64,000 bases of DNA, from NCBI GenBank assembly GCA_977017645.1, contig OZ360225.1:6324001-6388000 (forward strand), written 5' to 3'. The DNA is from Torpedo marmorata. Taxonomy: Eukaryota. The position numbers and the translations under genes were made by a program. Under the pieces are notes generated by a model, which saw only the letters and a list, made by a program, of their open reading frames with translations, searched no databases and was not told the origin of the DNA. How positions within the stretch are numbered: the stretch's first letter is position 1; each line of letters opens with the position of its first letter. Positions 35,156-49,000 of this stretch are shown here, in pieces.

Positions 35156-35597
35156 GTATGGAATTTAGCTCGGCTTTTGACAGGGTCCCACATGATAAGC
35201 TGGTCCGGAAGGTGAAATCATATAGGATCCTGAGTGAACAAGAAAATTGGTTATGGAATTGGCTTGAAGGAGGAAGACAGAGAGTGGTAGTGGGGGGCGG
35301 ATTTTCAGATTGGAGGCCTGTGATCATTGGTGTGCCACAGAGATCAATGCTGAGTTTACTATTTTTAGTCATATCATAATGATTTGGAAAAGCATGTAGA
35401 TGGCACGATTGGTAAGCTTTTGGATAACATTAAAATTGTTGATGTGGTGGATAGTGAAGAAGGTTGTTTAAGGCTAATCAGGATCTAAATCAAAAGTAAA
35501 AAGAAGATCAAGGAATGGCAGATGGAATTTATTGTGAAATGGGAAGTTAAACCGCCACAGAAATACAGAGACAATGATAGGGCCCAAGACAATGTTG

Positions 35598-36109
35598 TAA
35601 AGGTTAAAACCAGTGTTTTAACTCTTAGTTAATTATATGCCTTTCTCTTTAGAAGAACTATTGTTTGTAGTGTTACTATAGTGATTATGATGTAATATGT
35701 CGTAATATCAAAAAGAAGATATTTATGCCAGACGCAGATGGAAACAAGTGCAATTTATTGCAGATTTGTTTTGGAAAAGATGTATTAAAGAATATCTTTC
35801 ATTATTACAAGAACGACAAAAATGGTCTAAAATAAAACGCAATTTTGTATGTGGAGATATTGTAATTATCATGGACGATTCTTCACCAAGAAATTCTTGG
35901 TTGCTGGGGAGAATTGTGGATACAGTTCCAGACAAGAAAGGATTCGTTCGGCAAGTGCGGATTAAAACCAAGACTGGTTACTTAAATAGACCTATTACTA
36001 AAACCTGTCTTTTACAGGAAGCTGAAAGTTTTGATTTTTAATCTTATGCTTACTATATTTACTGTAATCTGTAATAATAATCATTATAATAAACATTAAT
36101 GGGTATATA
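35598..36109 (+). mobile_element. BEL/Pao pol C-terminal fragment (DUF5641-like)
   Basis: [48 protein letters not shown]; flanked by AATGTTG. Confidence 0.8.
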
Positions 36110-37513
36110 AATGTTGCATAACAAAGAGAGACAAAGAGGTACAAGTACATTGTTTTCTGAAAGTGGCAACACAAGTAGACAAGGTGCCTTCATCAGATGG
36201 GGCATTGAATACAAGAGTTGGGACATCATTTAACAGCTGTACAAGATGCTCGTGAGATCGCGCCTGGAACATTGTGTGGAGTTTTGGTTGCCATATTGTA
36301 GGAAGAATGTGATTAAGATCGGGAGGGTGCAGTTGAGATTGAGAACGATGTTGCCAGGACTGAGTTATAAGGAGAGGTCAAATAGGCTGGTACAGCTGTT
36401 CCTGGATCAAAGGAGGCTGAACGGTGACATAGAGGTTTATAGCATCATCAGGGGCATAGTTAGGGTAGATTGTCACAGTCTTTTTCCCAACTTAGTGGAG
36501 TCTAAAACTAAAGGGCATCAGTTCGAGGGGAAAGATTTGAAGGGGATCTGAGGAGGACCTGAGAGGGAGGTGGGTATATGGAAAGAGCTGACAGAGGAAG
36601 TGTTAGAGTTGGGGACAATTATAATGTTTAAAAGTCTCTTTGGATGGCTATATTGTGAGGAAAGGCTTCAAGGCATATGGGCCAAATGCAGTCAAGTGGG
36701 ACTAGCTCCAGAAGACCTCATGGATGGTATTGAGAAGTTGAGCCAAAGGGCTGTTTCTGTGCTGCATATCTTAATGACTCTACGAGCCTATGACTCTACC
36801 AGACCTTTGGCTAAGTCTGTTTGTCAGAGCAATGGGAATCTGTCAAGGTTAATTTCTCCAAGTGTTCAAGCTATGGAGCCATCATATCTAGATCGTGCAT
36901 TGAAGAAGGTCGATTTAAATGGATGGCATTGAATTGCCTTGAATTCTGAATATATCAAACTAAAACTGCAAGCCAACTTTGCAATTATGCAGCTCACAGC
37001 AGTATTGGATGGATTGGTTGAAATATTGAATTCATTAGCTTGGATGGCCTCCATTTCAACTCAGGAAGACAACAAATTTGCTTTCCAGTGCCGAGTCTTC
37101 TGTTAAAACCACTGCTGATAGTTTTTTTAAATCATAATACTATGTTTGCACTGATCTATTTCTGACTTAAGCATGCTGACACAAAGGCACAGAGAAAGCA
37201 AGTGGAGATGAGGCAGTGTTTCTCCTCCTCCTCCTCCCACTGCACTCACTTACCTCACCAAATGACATGAAGAAGCTTTTCTCTTTCCCAAAAGTCAAAG
37301 GATGCCATTGATCTCAATAGAGTTTTGCTGCTGCCAGCCCTTTATTGTTGTATCTACATGTTTTCACCATTAAAAATGTGCCCACAGTACTGTCTCCAAC
37401 AGGTTTAGAGAACAGTGAACCCGGTTCATGATCGAGTGCTTTAATTAGTCACTTGTGCAATAGTTCTAACTTTTCTTTGTAACTTAAGTGGTGTTCTTCC
37501 AATGCAGTGCTGC

Positions 37514-37776
37514 TGTGGTAAACCACTGTTATGTGTATTGTGGGCTGGGGATGGGTCTGGGGCATGTCCTACTGTCTGTCCCGGTTGCTCCTCCCCCTTC
37601 CTGGCTGTCCCGGTGGCCCCTCCCCTTCCTCCCCCGAATAAAGACCCTTGTGCCACTGCTCCGCCCTCAGTCCGGGATAGATCAGCAGGTCAACTGTAGC
37701 TTCCTTTTATAGTGAATAAAAGCCTACTGTTCGTGTTCTACTCACTGTCTCTCGAGAATCATTGATAGGCCTATCA
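37514..37776 (+). repeat. 5' LTR of Gypsy copy 3
   Basis: TG..CA direct repeat of 41857-42120. Confidence 0.96.
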
Positions 37777-37799
37777 ATTTTATTCACTATAAAAATCTG

Positions 37800-40700
37800 A
37801 TGGAGAGCGTCCTGAGACCGGATAAGTTGGACATCGATCCTCTAGCTCCAGACGCCGGTAACGCTTTCGAACACTGGCTGCGTTGTTTCGAGTCCTTCTT
37901 AAGGACGATCAGGGTGGAAAACGAGGACGAAAAACAGACGGTCCTCGTGTCCAGGGTAAGCCCTCGGGTATATTCGACAATTCGGGATTGTCAAACTTAC
38001 GTGGAGGCTATGGACGCCCTGAAAAGACTATATATAACGCCCGTGAACGCGGTCTACGCGAGGCAGAGGCTACCAACGCGGCATCAGCGGCCCAGGGAGT
38101 TGCTCAACGAATTTGTCCGAGACATACAGTCGCTGGTGCGGGCGTGCGGTTGCAAGCGCTGACGGCAGAGGAACATGTGGAACTGCTGGGGAGAGATACT
38201 TTCGTTATGGGGATCAGGTTGGTATATGTGCGCCAGCGGCTGCTCGAGCACGCCGACCTGACCCTCCGTACCGCGGTTGCAATGGCCCACACGCTGGAGG
38301 CCGCGCTGCGGAACTCCGATGCTATGCAAGCGCGCGACCTCCAGCCGGCCTCGTGGACAGCCCCGTCCCCCAACCCTGCCAGCGATCTGACCGCCGCCGC
38401 TGTCTGCCGCGACCCGATCGCCGCCGCCGCCATCCATGAGCTCACCACCGCAGCCGTTAACCGAGAGCCCGAGAAACGCTATTTCTGCGGGCTCGAGAAG
38501 CACCCACGCAAACGCTGCCCAGCCCGAGACGCGACCTGCTCCAGCTGCGGCAAGAAAGGCCATTATGCAAAGGCCTGCCGCTCTAAGCCGCGAGCGGGTC
38601 CGAGCAGCGCCGCGTGCGAGATATGGGAGCGGCCATCTTACCTTCCGTCACTTCCGGCGTCGTATTCTCCCATGGTTGCGACCTCGTGCGTGGAGTGGAG
38701 ATGGCCATCTTTGACACTGGCACTTCCGGCGCCGCCATCTTACAGCTCCACATCAGCACTTCCGGCACTTCCGGCGCCGCCATCTTGCAGCTCCAGCCGC
38801 GACACGTGCGACTCACGGAGGCGGCCATCTTCATCAGCGCCGGATCAAGATTACATTCCGACCCTAGCATCCGTCACCCTCGACCAGAGTGCGCCCCACC
38901 AGCTGTCCCGATCCATGATGGATATCCTGGTGGAGGGGCACAAGACCACCTGCCTGTTCGATACAGGCAGCACGGAGAGTTTTATACATCCGGACACAGT
39001 ACAGCGCTGTGGCCTCACTACCGTACCGGTAAGCCAGAGGGTGGCCATGGCGTCCGGGTCGCACACAACGGACATCCGGGGGGTTTGTGTGGCGAACATT
39101 GTAGTACAGGGAACAGAATATCGGCACTTTTTGTTACTTGTTATGCCTCGTTTGTGTGCGCCGGTATTACTGGGTCTTGACTTCCAGAGTCACCTACGAA
39201 GTGTCACGATGCGCTACGACGGGCCCCACCCTGCAATCACGGTAGCTAACCACCAGTTCCTTAACAACACGTCTCAGACTACCTGTGGCCTCTCCACACT
39301 TAAGGTCTTGCCCCCGTCGCTATTCACCAACCTCACCCCTGACTGTAAGCCCGTGGCAACTAAGAGCAGACGATACAGTGCAGGGGACAGAGCGTTTATC
39401 AAGGCGGAGGTGAAGCGACTATTGGGGGAGGGAATCATCAAGCCAAGTAATAGCCCCTGGAGAGCCCAGGTAGTCGTGGTAAAGAACGGGGCCAAGAGCA
39501 GGATGGTGGTGGACTATAGTCAAACAATCAACCGATTCACACAACTGGACGCTTACCCGCTACCACGAATAGCGGATATGGTGAATCAAATAGCCCAGTA
39601 CAGGCTATTTTCGACTATAGACCTGAAGTCAGCTTATCACCAGCTCCCTATCCGTCGGGAGGAACGCACGTACACCGCTTTCGAGGCAGATGGCAGACTG
39701 TTCCATTTCCTGCGCGTCCCCTTCAGAGTCACAAATGGGGTGTCCGTGTTCCAGCGGGAGATGGACAGAATAGTTGATCAATTTAAACTCAAAGCCACCT
39801 TCCCATACCTGGACGACATCACCATATGTGGTCATGATCGCCAGGATCATGATAATAACCTTCGGAGGTTCCTGCAGGCGGCCAAGGTGCTAAACCTGAC
39901 CTACAATAAGGATAAATGCGTGTTCGGGTCCACCCGACTCGCTATTCTGGGGTGCGTCGTCGAGAACGGGGTTATTGGACCCGACCCCGACCGCATGCGG
40001 CCCCTGCTGGAACTTTCGCTTTCCCACACCCCCAAAGCCCTTAAACGATGCATCGGGTTCTTCTCGTGCAGTGCGCAGTGGGTCCCTAATTACGCCGATA
40101 AAGCCCGACCCCTTGTCAAGTCCACCACGTTTCCCCTCGCATCGGAGGCACGTAAGGCTTTTGACCTTATAAAAGGGGACATTGCCCGAGCAGCAATGCA
40201 CGCGGTGGATGAATCAACATCTTTACATGTGGAGAGTGACGCATCGGACTTCGCGCTGGCTGCTTCCCTCAACCAGGCGGGAAGACCGGTGGCGTTCTTC
40301 TCACGGACCCTCCAAGGCCCCGAAATTCGACACTCCGCAGTTGAGAAAGAGGCCCAGGCCATAGTGGAGGCTATTAGGCACTGGAGGCACTATCTCGCCG
40401 GTAAGTACTTTACCCTGCTGACAGATCAACGCTCTGTTGCGTTTATGTTTAACAACCAGCAGCGGGGTAAGATCAAAAATGATAAGATCATGAGGTGGAG
40501 AATAGAGCTCTCCACCTACAATTACAATATCCTGTACCGGCCCGGGAAGCTCAATGAGCCCTCCGATGCTCTATCCCGGGAATCGTGCGCCAGCACGCAG
40601 ATCGACCGATTGTATTCTCTCCACTGTGACCTCTGCCACCCAGGAGTTACCAGGCTGTTCCACTTCGTGAAAGCCAGGAACCTGCCCTACTCCCTGGAAG

Positions 40701-41741
40701 AGGTCAGGACAATGACCAGCAGTTGTCGGGTCTGCGCGGAGTGCAAACCACAGTTCTACCGCCCCGACAAGGCACAGCTGGTCAAAGCCACCCGCCCTTT
40801 TGAACGTCTCAGCATCGACTTCAAGGGCCCCCTTCCCTCCACGGACCGCAATGTGTATTTCCTCAATATCATTGACGAATACTCGCGGTTCCCCTTTGCC
40901 ATTCCCTGCCCCGATACCTCGGCCATCTCGGCCATTAAAGCTCTTCGCCAGGTATTTACACACTTCGGCTTCCCCAGCTATATACATAGCGACCGGGGAT
41001 CAGCTTTTATGAGTGAGGAGCTGCGATAGTACCTGCAGGCCCGGGGCATCGCCACTAGTAGGACCACGGGGTACAACCCACGGGGCAACGGACAGGTGGA
41101 AAGGGAGAACGCCACTGTCTGGAAGGCTGCGCTCTTGGCACTCAAGTCCAAGGGATTGCCGGTCTCCCGCTGGCAAGAGGTCCTCCCCGAAGCCCTCCAC
41201 TCTATCCGGTCCCTGCTGTGCACGTCCACAAACTCAACCCCTCACGAACGACTTTTCTCCTTCCCCAGGAAGTCGACCACCGGAACCACCCTACCTGCCT
41301 GGCTGACGTCCTCGGGACCTGTGCTGCTCCGCAAGCACCTTCGGAGCAGCAAATACGAACCTATGGTCCAGAGGGTGCAGTTAGCCCATGCTAACCCTCA
41401 ATACGCCTACGTGGTCTTCCCTGATGGGCGGGAAGACACCGTTTCAATTCGTGACCTGGCGCCCGCAGGAGCGCCGGGAGAAGCCCTCGACATTGAAGAC
41501 CACTTGTCGCAGCCCCGTCAGCCCCTCCCCACCACCCCCCCCCCCCCCCCCCAGCACATCAGCTCCAGTACCCTCGCCGGTGCCGAATGTTCCGCAAGAA
41601 GCCAGGCAGGAGGCAACTCTGCTGAGAACCAGGCAGGAGACAACCCTGCCATCCCCCCCATCACCACAACCCGCCCCGTCACCGCGGGTACTGCGCAGGT
41701 CGCAGCGGCGGATCAGACCGCCTGATCGGCTCGACCTGTAA
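37800..41741 (+). pseudogene. gag-pol: gag-pol with a frameshift near 38156, TAG at 41027 and a frameshift near the poly-C at 41535-41552
   Basis: Colinear with copy 2; gag reads in frame into protease and RT. Confidence 0.93.
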
Positions 41742-41856
41742 ATCTAAATGTATATATCTGTTTATATCTTCAGTTTTTGTATTTGTTTTGCAGTTGTAAA
41801 ATAATCACAGTGGCCACGACACCCCGTTGGACTCTTTTTAAAAAAGGAGGGGTGAA

Positions 41857-42120
41857 TGTGGTAAACCACTGTTATGTGTATTGTGGGCTGGGGATGGGTC
41901 TGGGGCATGTCCTGCTGTCTGTCCCGGTTGCTCCTCCCCCTTCCTGGCTGTCCCGGTAGCCCCTCCCCCTTCCTCCCCCGAATAAAGGCCCTTGTGCCAC
42001 TGCTCCGCCCTCAGTCCGGGATAGATCAGCAGGTCAACTGTAGCTTCCTTTTATAGTGAATAAAAGCCTACTGTTCGTGTTCTACTCACTGACTCTCGAG
42101 AATCATTGATAGGCCTATCA
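41857..42120 (+). repeat. 3' LTR of Gypsy copy 3
   Basis: Follows PPT AAAAAGGAGGGGTGAA and precedes the TSD. Confidence 0.96.
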
Positions 42121-43132
42121 GCTGCATAAAGGAACGGCGTTCAATAGGTGATTTAAGGGTGTGGGCAGAGTGAAGCCAAATTGAAGCTTGTGGGGTTTCA
42201 GCTCTGTAGTGTCCCTAACAACAATGTTCACTGTGAGAATGTTTTATGAAACATTGAGCTGCAGTAAGATTAAACTTATTTAGAATCTTATGTGATGGCT
42301 TGCTGGACAAATGCACATTAATACTAAAGTTTTAATGATACTATAGTATGTTTGCTGACTTTCAAGTAAGAACCACTTTGGAGCCCTCAGTTAGTGCATT
42401 CCCCACTGTCCATGATTCCATGTAATGAGCCGCAGACAGAATCAAAGAGTCACATTTTCCTGTGAAACTGCATCTCATCATGAGGCCTACCATCTCTAGC
42501 AGATAATGGAAACAAAAACTACCAGCATAGGTTTTAACAAGATGGATCAAGAATATTGCAGACCAATGCAGGCCCTTATAATATGTGGAAGCTTTGATCA
42601 ACATGGAATGGCAAAAAGCTCTTGGTCCAGTTGCAGAAGGTACCTGAAGCCAAACCTATGTAACATAAAAGATATATTAATTATTTCACCTTTGCCTCCA
42701 CTGACATTCCTCACACATGGTATCAGGAGTGAACTATGACAAAAAGTTACATTTCATTTTGGAATGCAATTATATAATTTGTGTCATCATTTCCTGCAAG
42801 CAAAGATGGACTTAAACATAACGACCACTGAATAATGAAGAAGCATAGGAATCTAACCCAATATACTCAAACCTGAACTGCTCCTCAGCTGCAATCAAAG
42901 AACACCTTGGAACTGAGAGTAGAACTTAAAAACGTTATTGTCCTTAGAGGTACACAATCCCAAATCTCCACCTGAAAAGCCATTCCAGTTCATCCTCATG
43001 AATACTTTTGCATGCTCTGCAATAAGAACTGATGCAGATTAATCTTGATTCCATTAGTTTTAATGTACTTTAGGCAACATGATTGAGCATCAGTGACAGG
43101 ACACTTAGCTCTACAGAAATGCTTATCTAGAG

Positions 43133-43324
43133 CAGCCATACTCAACAGGGGCAATAGCACATTTAAGGGGGGGCCATGAACTGAAATCATTTTATGTTTT
43201 TTATGCAGTCAGGAGAGAAGTTTGTAAGAAACCAACTTAATGACTGTTCCGCAGGGAAGGGGGCCCATAAACTTTGAGCAGAGTCATAAGGGGGCCATAG
43301 CCAAAAAGAAGTTGAGAATGACTG
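43133..43324. mobile_element. hAT/Charlie-type MITE
   Basis: Imperfect TIRs CAGCCATACTCAAC / GTTGAGAATGACTG (12 of 14); left flank ATCTAGAG fits the Charlie target; right TSD not recognisable. Confidence 0.6.
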
Positions 43325-43830
43325 ATAAGACCAAAAGATACAGGAGCAGAAGTAGGCCGTTGGCCCATCAAGTCTGCTCCGCCATTTAGTTTCCCACTCA
43401 GCCGCACTCCCCTGCCTTCTCTCCATAACCTTTGATACCCTGACTATTCAGATAGCTATCAATTTCTGCCTTAAATACACCCAATGACCTGGCCTCCACA
43501 GCCATCTGTGGCATCAAATTCTAGAGGTTCACCACTCTCTGGCAAAATAAATTCCTCCCCATCTCTGTATTAAATGGATGCCTTTCAATCCTGAAGTTGT
43601 GCCCTCTTGTCCTTGACTCCCCTACCATGGGAAACAACTTTGCCACATCTACTCTGTCCAGGCCTTTCAACATTCAAAATCCTTCTATGAAGTCCCCCGT
43701 CATTCTTCTGAACTGCAAGGTGTACAGTCCAAGAGCCATCAAACATTCCTCATATGCTAATCTTCCAATACCAGCACACCCTTTCTTAAATAAGGAGCCC
43801 AAAACTGTACCCTGTACTCCAAGAGAGGAT
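43325..43830 (-). mobile_element. CR1 LINE 3' fragment
   Basis: ATAAGAC tail and CR1-type 3' region. Confidence 0.8.
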
Positions 43831-46800
43831 CATCTTGCAAAGAATATAGACTATATTCAAATGATTTTCTTTCAATACATGTGAAAAGCATCATTATTGT
43901 TCATTTATCATCATTCATCATCATTTACCATCTATTGTCGTCATTATTTGTAAATGCAGATTTACTAAAATGCTTTGTCGCCTAGAGTAAATAAGGATCC
44001 AAACCTTAAAATACTATTGCCGCAATAATTTTACAAAACAAATGGATTATTTTTGGCAAATTTTAAAATTATATCTACAAAATAAAGAAAATAATATTAA
44101 AAAATAAATGATATCTTTACTGAAAATTATGGAGGTACTGCTGTTGGATTCACAAAGTAGACTATTGCAAAAAATTAGTCTAAAAATAACCTGCTATGAT
44201 GACACCATCCCTTTTACATAAAACTGCTCATGCTGGGAGTTAATATTCAGGCACTCATCTTGGTCCTCAATGTGACTTCCAAAAATCTTGAATCATGTTG
44301 CATTAATATGTACTAAGACATACCTTTGTATATATATTTTCACCTCTTCTTTTAGTAAATGAGATTACTGGGACAATAAACTGTGCATTGCAACGTCGTT
44401 TCCTCATGGATAAAACAACAGTCAAAAGAATAAGAGCAAGCCTTGGAGGAAATAATAAGGAAGTTGAGAGATTCATTTTCTTTGAATAGCTCCTGAAACC
44501 ATTAGCTGTGGTCCTGAAGATTTACAGGCAGAGGCTTCTTTTTATGCGATAATCTCAAATGTTTTTCATTCCATCTTGGGAGCGAGAAAGGTTTTTTGCA
44601 TTAAAAATGTATGGAGTATCGATTCGAATGGAACTCCAAATTACAAGCAGTTTCACAGCACCATGTCATAAAAGATTTTCAATAGCCTCATTCACTTTCG
44701 TAACAAAAAAATTACTGGGCATTATTCTGGTATACAAGAATGCAAAAACTGAAGTGGTTCAGATTTATTTTCTTTCAATAGATTAATTCTCTGTCATTTA
44801 ACTCAGTAGATTCCGACTGAAATAATATTTGTTATTGCTGATATCAAAAATGGATTTCCATGCTCAAGGCTTTCAAACAAGACTGTGTTTGGAGTGGATG
44901 CAATGTTGATACAGAAACTATTCAGGATACATTGGGATAGCTCGTGTCAAGCTATTTTCCGATGCACCTGTGTTTTGCATGTGTGATTGTTTACCGCATC
45001 AAATTAAGATTGTTGATTATATTTGTTTTTGCCGCTTGCAGTCAGAATCAGCTGCACTGTCTTTGTCACATACAGATTCTAAAAGATTCCTTAAAGTGTG
45101 GTCAATAAATGGGTTTAATTTAATCCACATTATGTGGTAGGAAAGAAAATATAACTATAAGCCTGTTATGAGCAAACTGAAGATCAATGTCAAAGAAGGA
45201 ATTTTCTTTCTGTGACAACATTGCAGAGTTTATGCATTGAAGTCTTACAAATATGCCGATTGCCTGGCCCACAACACCCTTAAAACAATGGAACACTGGA
45301 ATTTCTGTCAGATTGATGTCACCAGAACATAAGAATGTATGACATGGGAGTAGAAGTAGGCCACCTGGCTCTTCTCTACCATTCATCAAGTTCATGGCAG
45401 ATCTTAGACCTCAAAGTCATGTTGAGGTACTGAATTCAGCACTATCTTGCTGAATAACCAAAAATGTAACTCTCTGTTTTAGGTGAACTCAGCAACCGAT
45501 AATCCATCGATGTATGGAGCGGAGAATTCCGAAGATTGAACCACTCTCTGAGTGAAACAGTATCTTCTCATTTCAGTCCACACCAGTATAGCATTTATTC
45601 TGAGACAGTGAGCCCTAATGCTAGACTCTTCAACCAAGGGCTCGCCATCTAATCAAGCCCAATATGAATTTTGAAAGCTTCAATGAGATCTCTTCTAATT
45701 GTTCTAAACTAGAGAATGCTGGCCCAGATACTCAATTTCTGCTCAAATACCAAGCCCATCATTCCTAGAACCAGTGCTTTGTATTTTTGCTTCTCACTCT
45801 CTCTCACTCTCTCATAAATTCATCCATTCTCAACTAAGGAGATTAAAATTATACACAATATTCCAGCTGCAATCTGATGTAAGCCATGTGCCATTGTAGT
45901 CAGACTTTCTAACTCTTATATACAAACTCTCTTATGGTAAAATGATAACATACCTTTTGCATTTCTTAATGTTTGTTGCATTTACATTTTAGCTTTAGTG
46001 ACTTGAATACAAGAATGCCTAAGTCACCTTTGAGCATCAACAGTATCTATTTCATTAAAAGTATAGTCTTCGTTCCTGTTCCATTCATCCAATACATGAC
46101 CTCATGCTTTTCAAAATTATATTTCATCCAGACCAGTTTCACCTTCTCAGGATGTCAAAGTCCCCTATAGCATCCACACACTACGATGTTTCTTTTATTG
46201 TAATAAAGAAACTTGGGTTCTTTTATAACAACTATAATTTATTAGCTCAGAACTCACGACCTCATGGAGGCATCCATTTTGAATCTACCCCTAGCTGCAA
46301 CAACTCATCTCTGACTCCCTCTAGTGGTCATGATTATCACTAGCACTATATCGTTACATCCCCTTTCCTTGAGATATTTAATCTAACAACATGACACACT
46401 AATGCAGTATTCATTTCAATTTAAAGTTCAACACAAACGTAAACACAAACATTAGCAGCACAAATTTTTAAAGATTTTTCTTGATTATCGCTATTAATGG
46501 CTTGTAGTCTGTCTCTTCCACGAATGTTGGTAGACCATACACATAACTGTGTAATTTCTCGAATCCATAGACCAGACCTGGACTCTCTTTCTTGATCTGT
46601 ACATATCGACATTCAGATGTTGTCATCGTCCTTGATGCGTATGCTACTGGCCTCCAATCTTCTCCCACAGCCTGAAGTAGTACAGCATCTATTCCATCTT
46701 TTGAAGCATCTGTTGATATTTACGTCCCTCTGGATGCATCAAAGAACATCAAAAGCATTGGTTCTGTAGTTAGAATGGTCTTCAATCGTCCCCATCCTTC

Positions 46801-48985
46801 CTCGTGGTTGGCTCTCCACTTGAATTCACATTTGTCCTGTAACAACTTCCTTAGGTACATTGTTTTCGAAGACAGGTTTGGTATGAATTTACCAATGAAA
46901 TTGATCATTCCCAGCACTCTCAATATGCCTTTTTTGTCAGTGGGTCTGGGCATCTCTAAAATTACTTTCACCTTGCCCTTGTCTGGCTCCACACCAGCCT
47001 CTGACAGTTTATCTCACAGAAAGGTGATTTCTTTCACACCAAACTGACATTTTTCTCTGTTTAACTGTAATCCATACATCTGGATGTGTTGTAGCACTTT
47101 GATGAACCTCTTGTTGTGTTGTTCTTGTGTGGATCCCCATAGAATTATGTCATCCATGTACACACGTACCCCATTTATGCCTTCTATGATGTGCTCCATT
47201 GTCCTGTGGAACACTTCCGGAGCTGAGGAAATTCCAAAAGGCATCCTCAGACAGGAGTATCAGCCAAACGGTGTATTAAATGTAAAGTATTTTGTGCTAT
47301 CTTCGTGCAATTTAGTGAAAAACTTTGCACCGGCCATCTCACTTGTAATTTCATCCCTGGTTGGTGTCTGATAAGGTTCTCTCTTTATATTGGCATTCAA
47401 TTCTTTTGGGTCCATACACATGTGTAGGTCACCATTCTTCTTTTTGACACACACCATTGATTTCATCCATTCTGTGGGCTCCTCCAATTTCTTTATGACC
47501 CCTAGTGCCATCATTCGGTCGAGTTCCTGCTTGAGCTTTTCTTTTAGTGGCACTGGAACCCGCCTCGGGGTATGCACTACTGGCTGTGCATCCTCTTTTA
47601 ACTGTATCTTATAGGTGAATGGTAGAACTCCAAACCCCTTGAAGATGTCTGGAAATTGATCCAGTGTTTCCTCTATGCTGTTCCGTGCATTGTCGCTGTT
47701 AATGTGGTACACCCTCTTGACTAGGCTTAAGTTTTCACATGCTTTGTCACCAAGCAGTGAATAATGTCCATCTGGGACTACTATGAACCTGAGGTGGTGC
47801 TCTTTATCTTTAACTTTCACCTTGAGTTTACATGTACCTTTCGTGTTGATGCTCTTCCCATTGTAGGCTTTGAGCTGTACAGGATTTGCATGGATGTATG
47901 GCTTTATCTTCATTGCCCTGATGTCGCGCTCACAGATCAAATTGACCTTTGCCCATGTGTCCAGCTTGAAAGGAATATTTGTTCCATTTGTATGCAATGA
48001 CTCAATCCACTTATCCTGCTCGACTCTGTTCACACTTGGCTGTTCAGTGTCTGTTGGTTTAGAATCTTCCTGCATTACCATGCCAACTGAGAGCTGTTTC
48101 TTCTATAGTGTGCACACTTTCACTTCTGTTTTTTTTCCCTTTGAAAAAACATTGCTTTGTGTAGTGATTCTGCCCTTTGCAATTATTACAGACTTTTCCA
48201 TGGACGGGGCATTGTTTTGGTGCATGCTGAGTTCCACATATTTGCAATTGAATGTCTCTCCATCTTTTTGTTGATTTTTATGTCTCATTTTTTGTTTATG
48301 TGTGTGTCCAGACACTGTGGCTACAGCTATTCCTTAGTTTTCACTGGCTTTTGCACTCTCACAGAACTTTTTTGCGTGCTGCAGAGCTAATTCACTGGCG
48401 TGGCATATCTTCACAGCTCCAGCTAAGGTAAGCTCTGTCTCTCGCAGCAACCTCTCTCTCACTTTCTTATCACTAATTCCAAACACAATTTGATCACGGA
48501 TCATTGAATCTTGCAGCGATCCAAAATTACATGTTCTTGCTTTTAATTTCAAGTCTGTTAAAAAAAGTATCAAAGCTCTCTCCCTGCAGCTCTGTGCATG
48601 AGCAAAACACGTACCTCTCGAACGTTTCATTTTTCTTTGGTGAACATTGATCATCAAACACCTCGATAACCTTGTCAAACTTGTCCTGGTCAGCTGCCTC
48701 GGCAAAAACAAATGTGTTGAAAACCTCTAGTGCTTGAGGTCCCGTCACGATAAGTAGCAGTGCAATCTTCCGTGTATCAGGTTTGCTATTGAGTCCAATG
48801 GCTTGCAGGTACAGCATAAATCATTGTTTGAACAACCTGCACTCATGGTCGACATTTACAGTCCAATTTACAGCGTAGGAGCCTTTACACTCTCCATGTT
48901 TTCTGCTGCTATCGACTGATTCTCACTCTGCACACGCCTGGTGTTTCTTCCACTCCTGGAACCATGCACACTTCTGGTGTTTCTT

Positions 48986-49000
48986 CCACTCCTGGTACCA
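48986..49000 (-). promoter_or_regulatory. primer binding site complementary to tRNA-Leu(UAA)
   Basis: TGGTACCAGGAGTGG 2 nt from the 5' LTR matches the recalled 3' end CCACTCCTGGTACCA of vertebrate tRNA-Leu(UAA). Confidence 0.8.

Larger units (their letters stand above)
34020..36790 (+). mobile_element. old fragmented CR1 ORF2 with nested insertions
   Basis: AFDRVPHDKL, GVPQRSML and LVRSRLEHCV motifs. Confidence 0.75.
37514..42120 (+). mobile_element. Gypsy LTR retrotransposon copy 3, full length
   Basis: LTRs 37514-37776 and 41857-42120 (about 4 substitutions + 1 indel by eye); TSD GCTGC at 37509-37513 and 42121-42125. Confidence 0.98.

Noticed and set aside
37883-38160. N-terminus of the 1048-aa ORF
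   Set aside because: Out-of-frame translation upstream of a single-base frameshift in gag.
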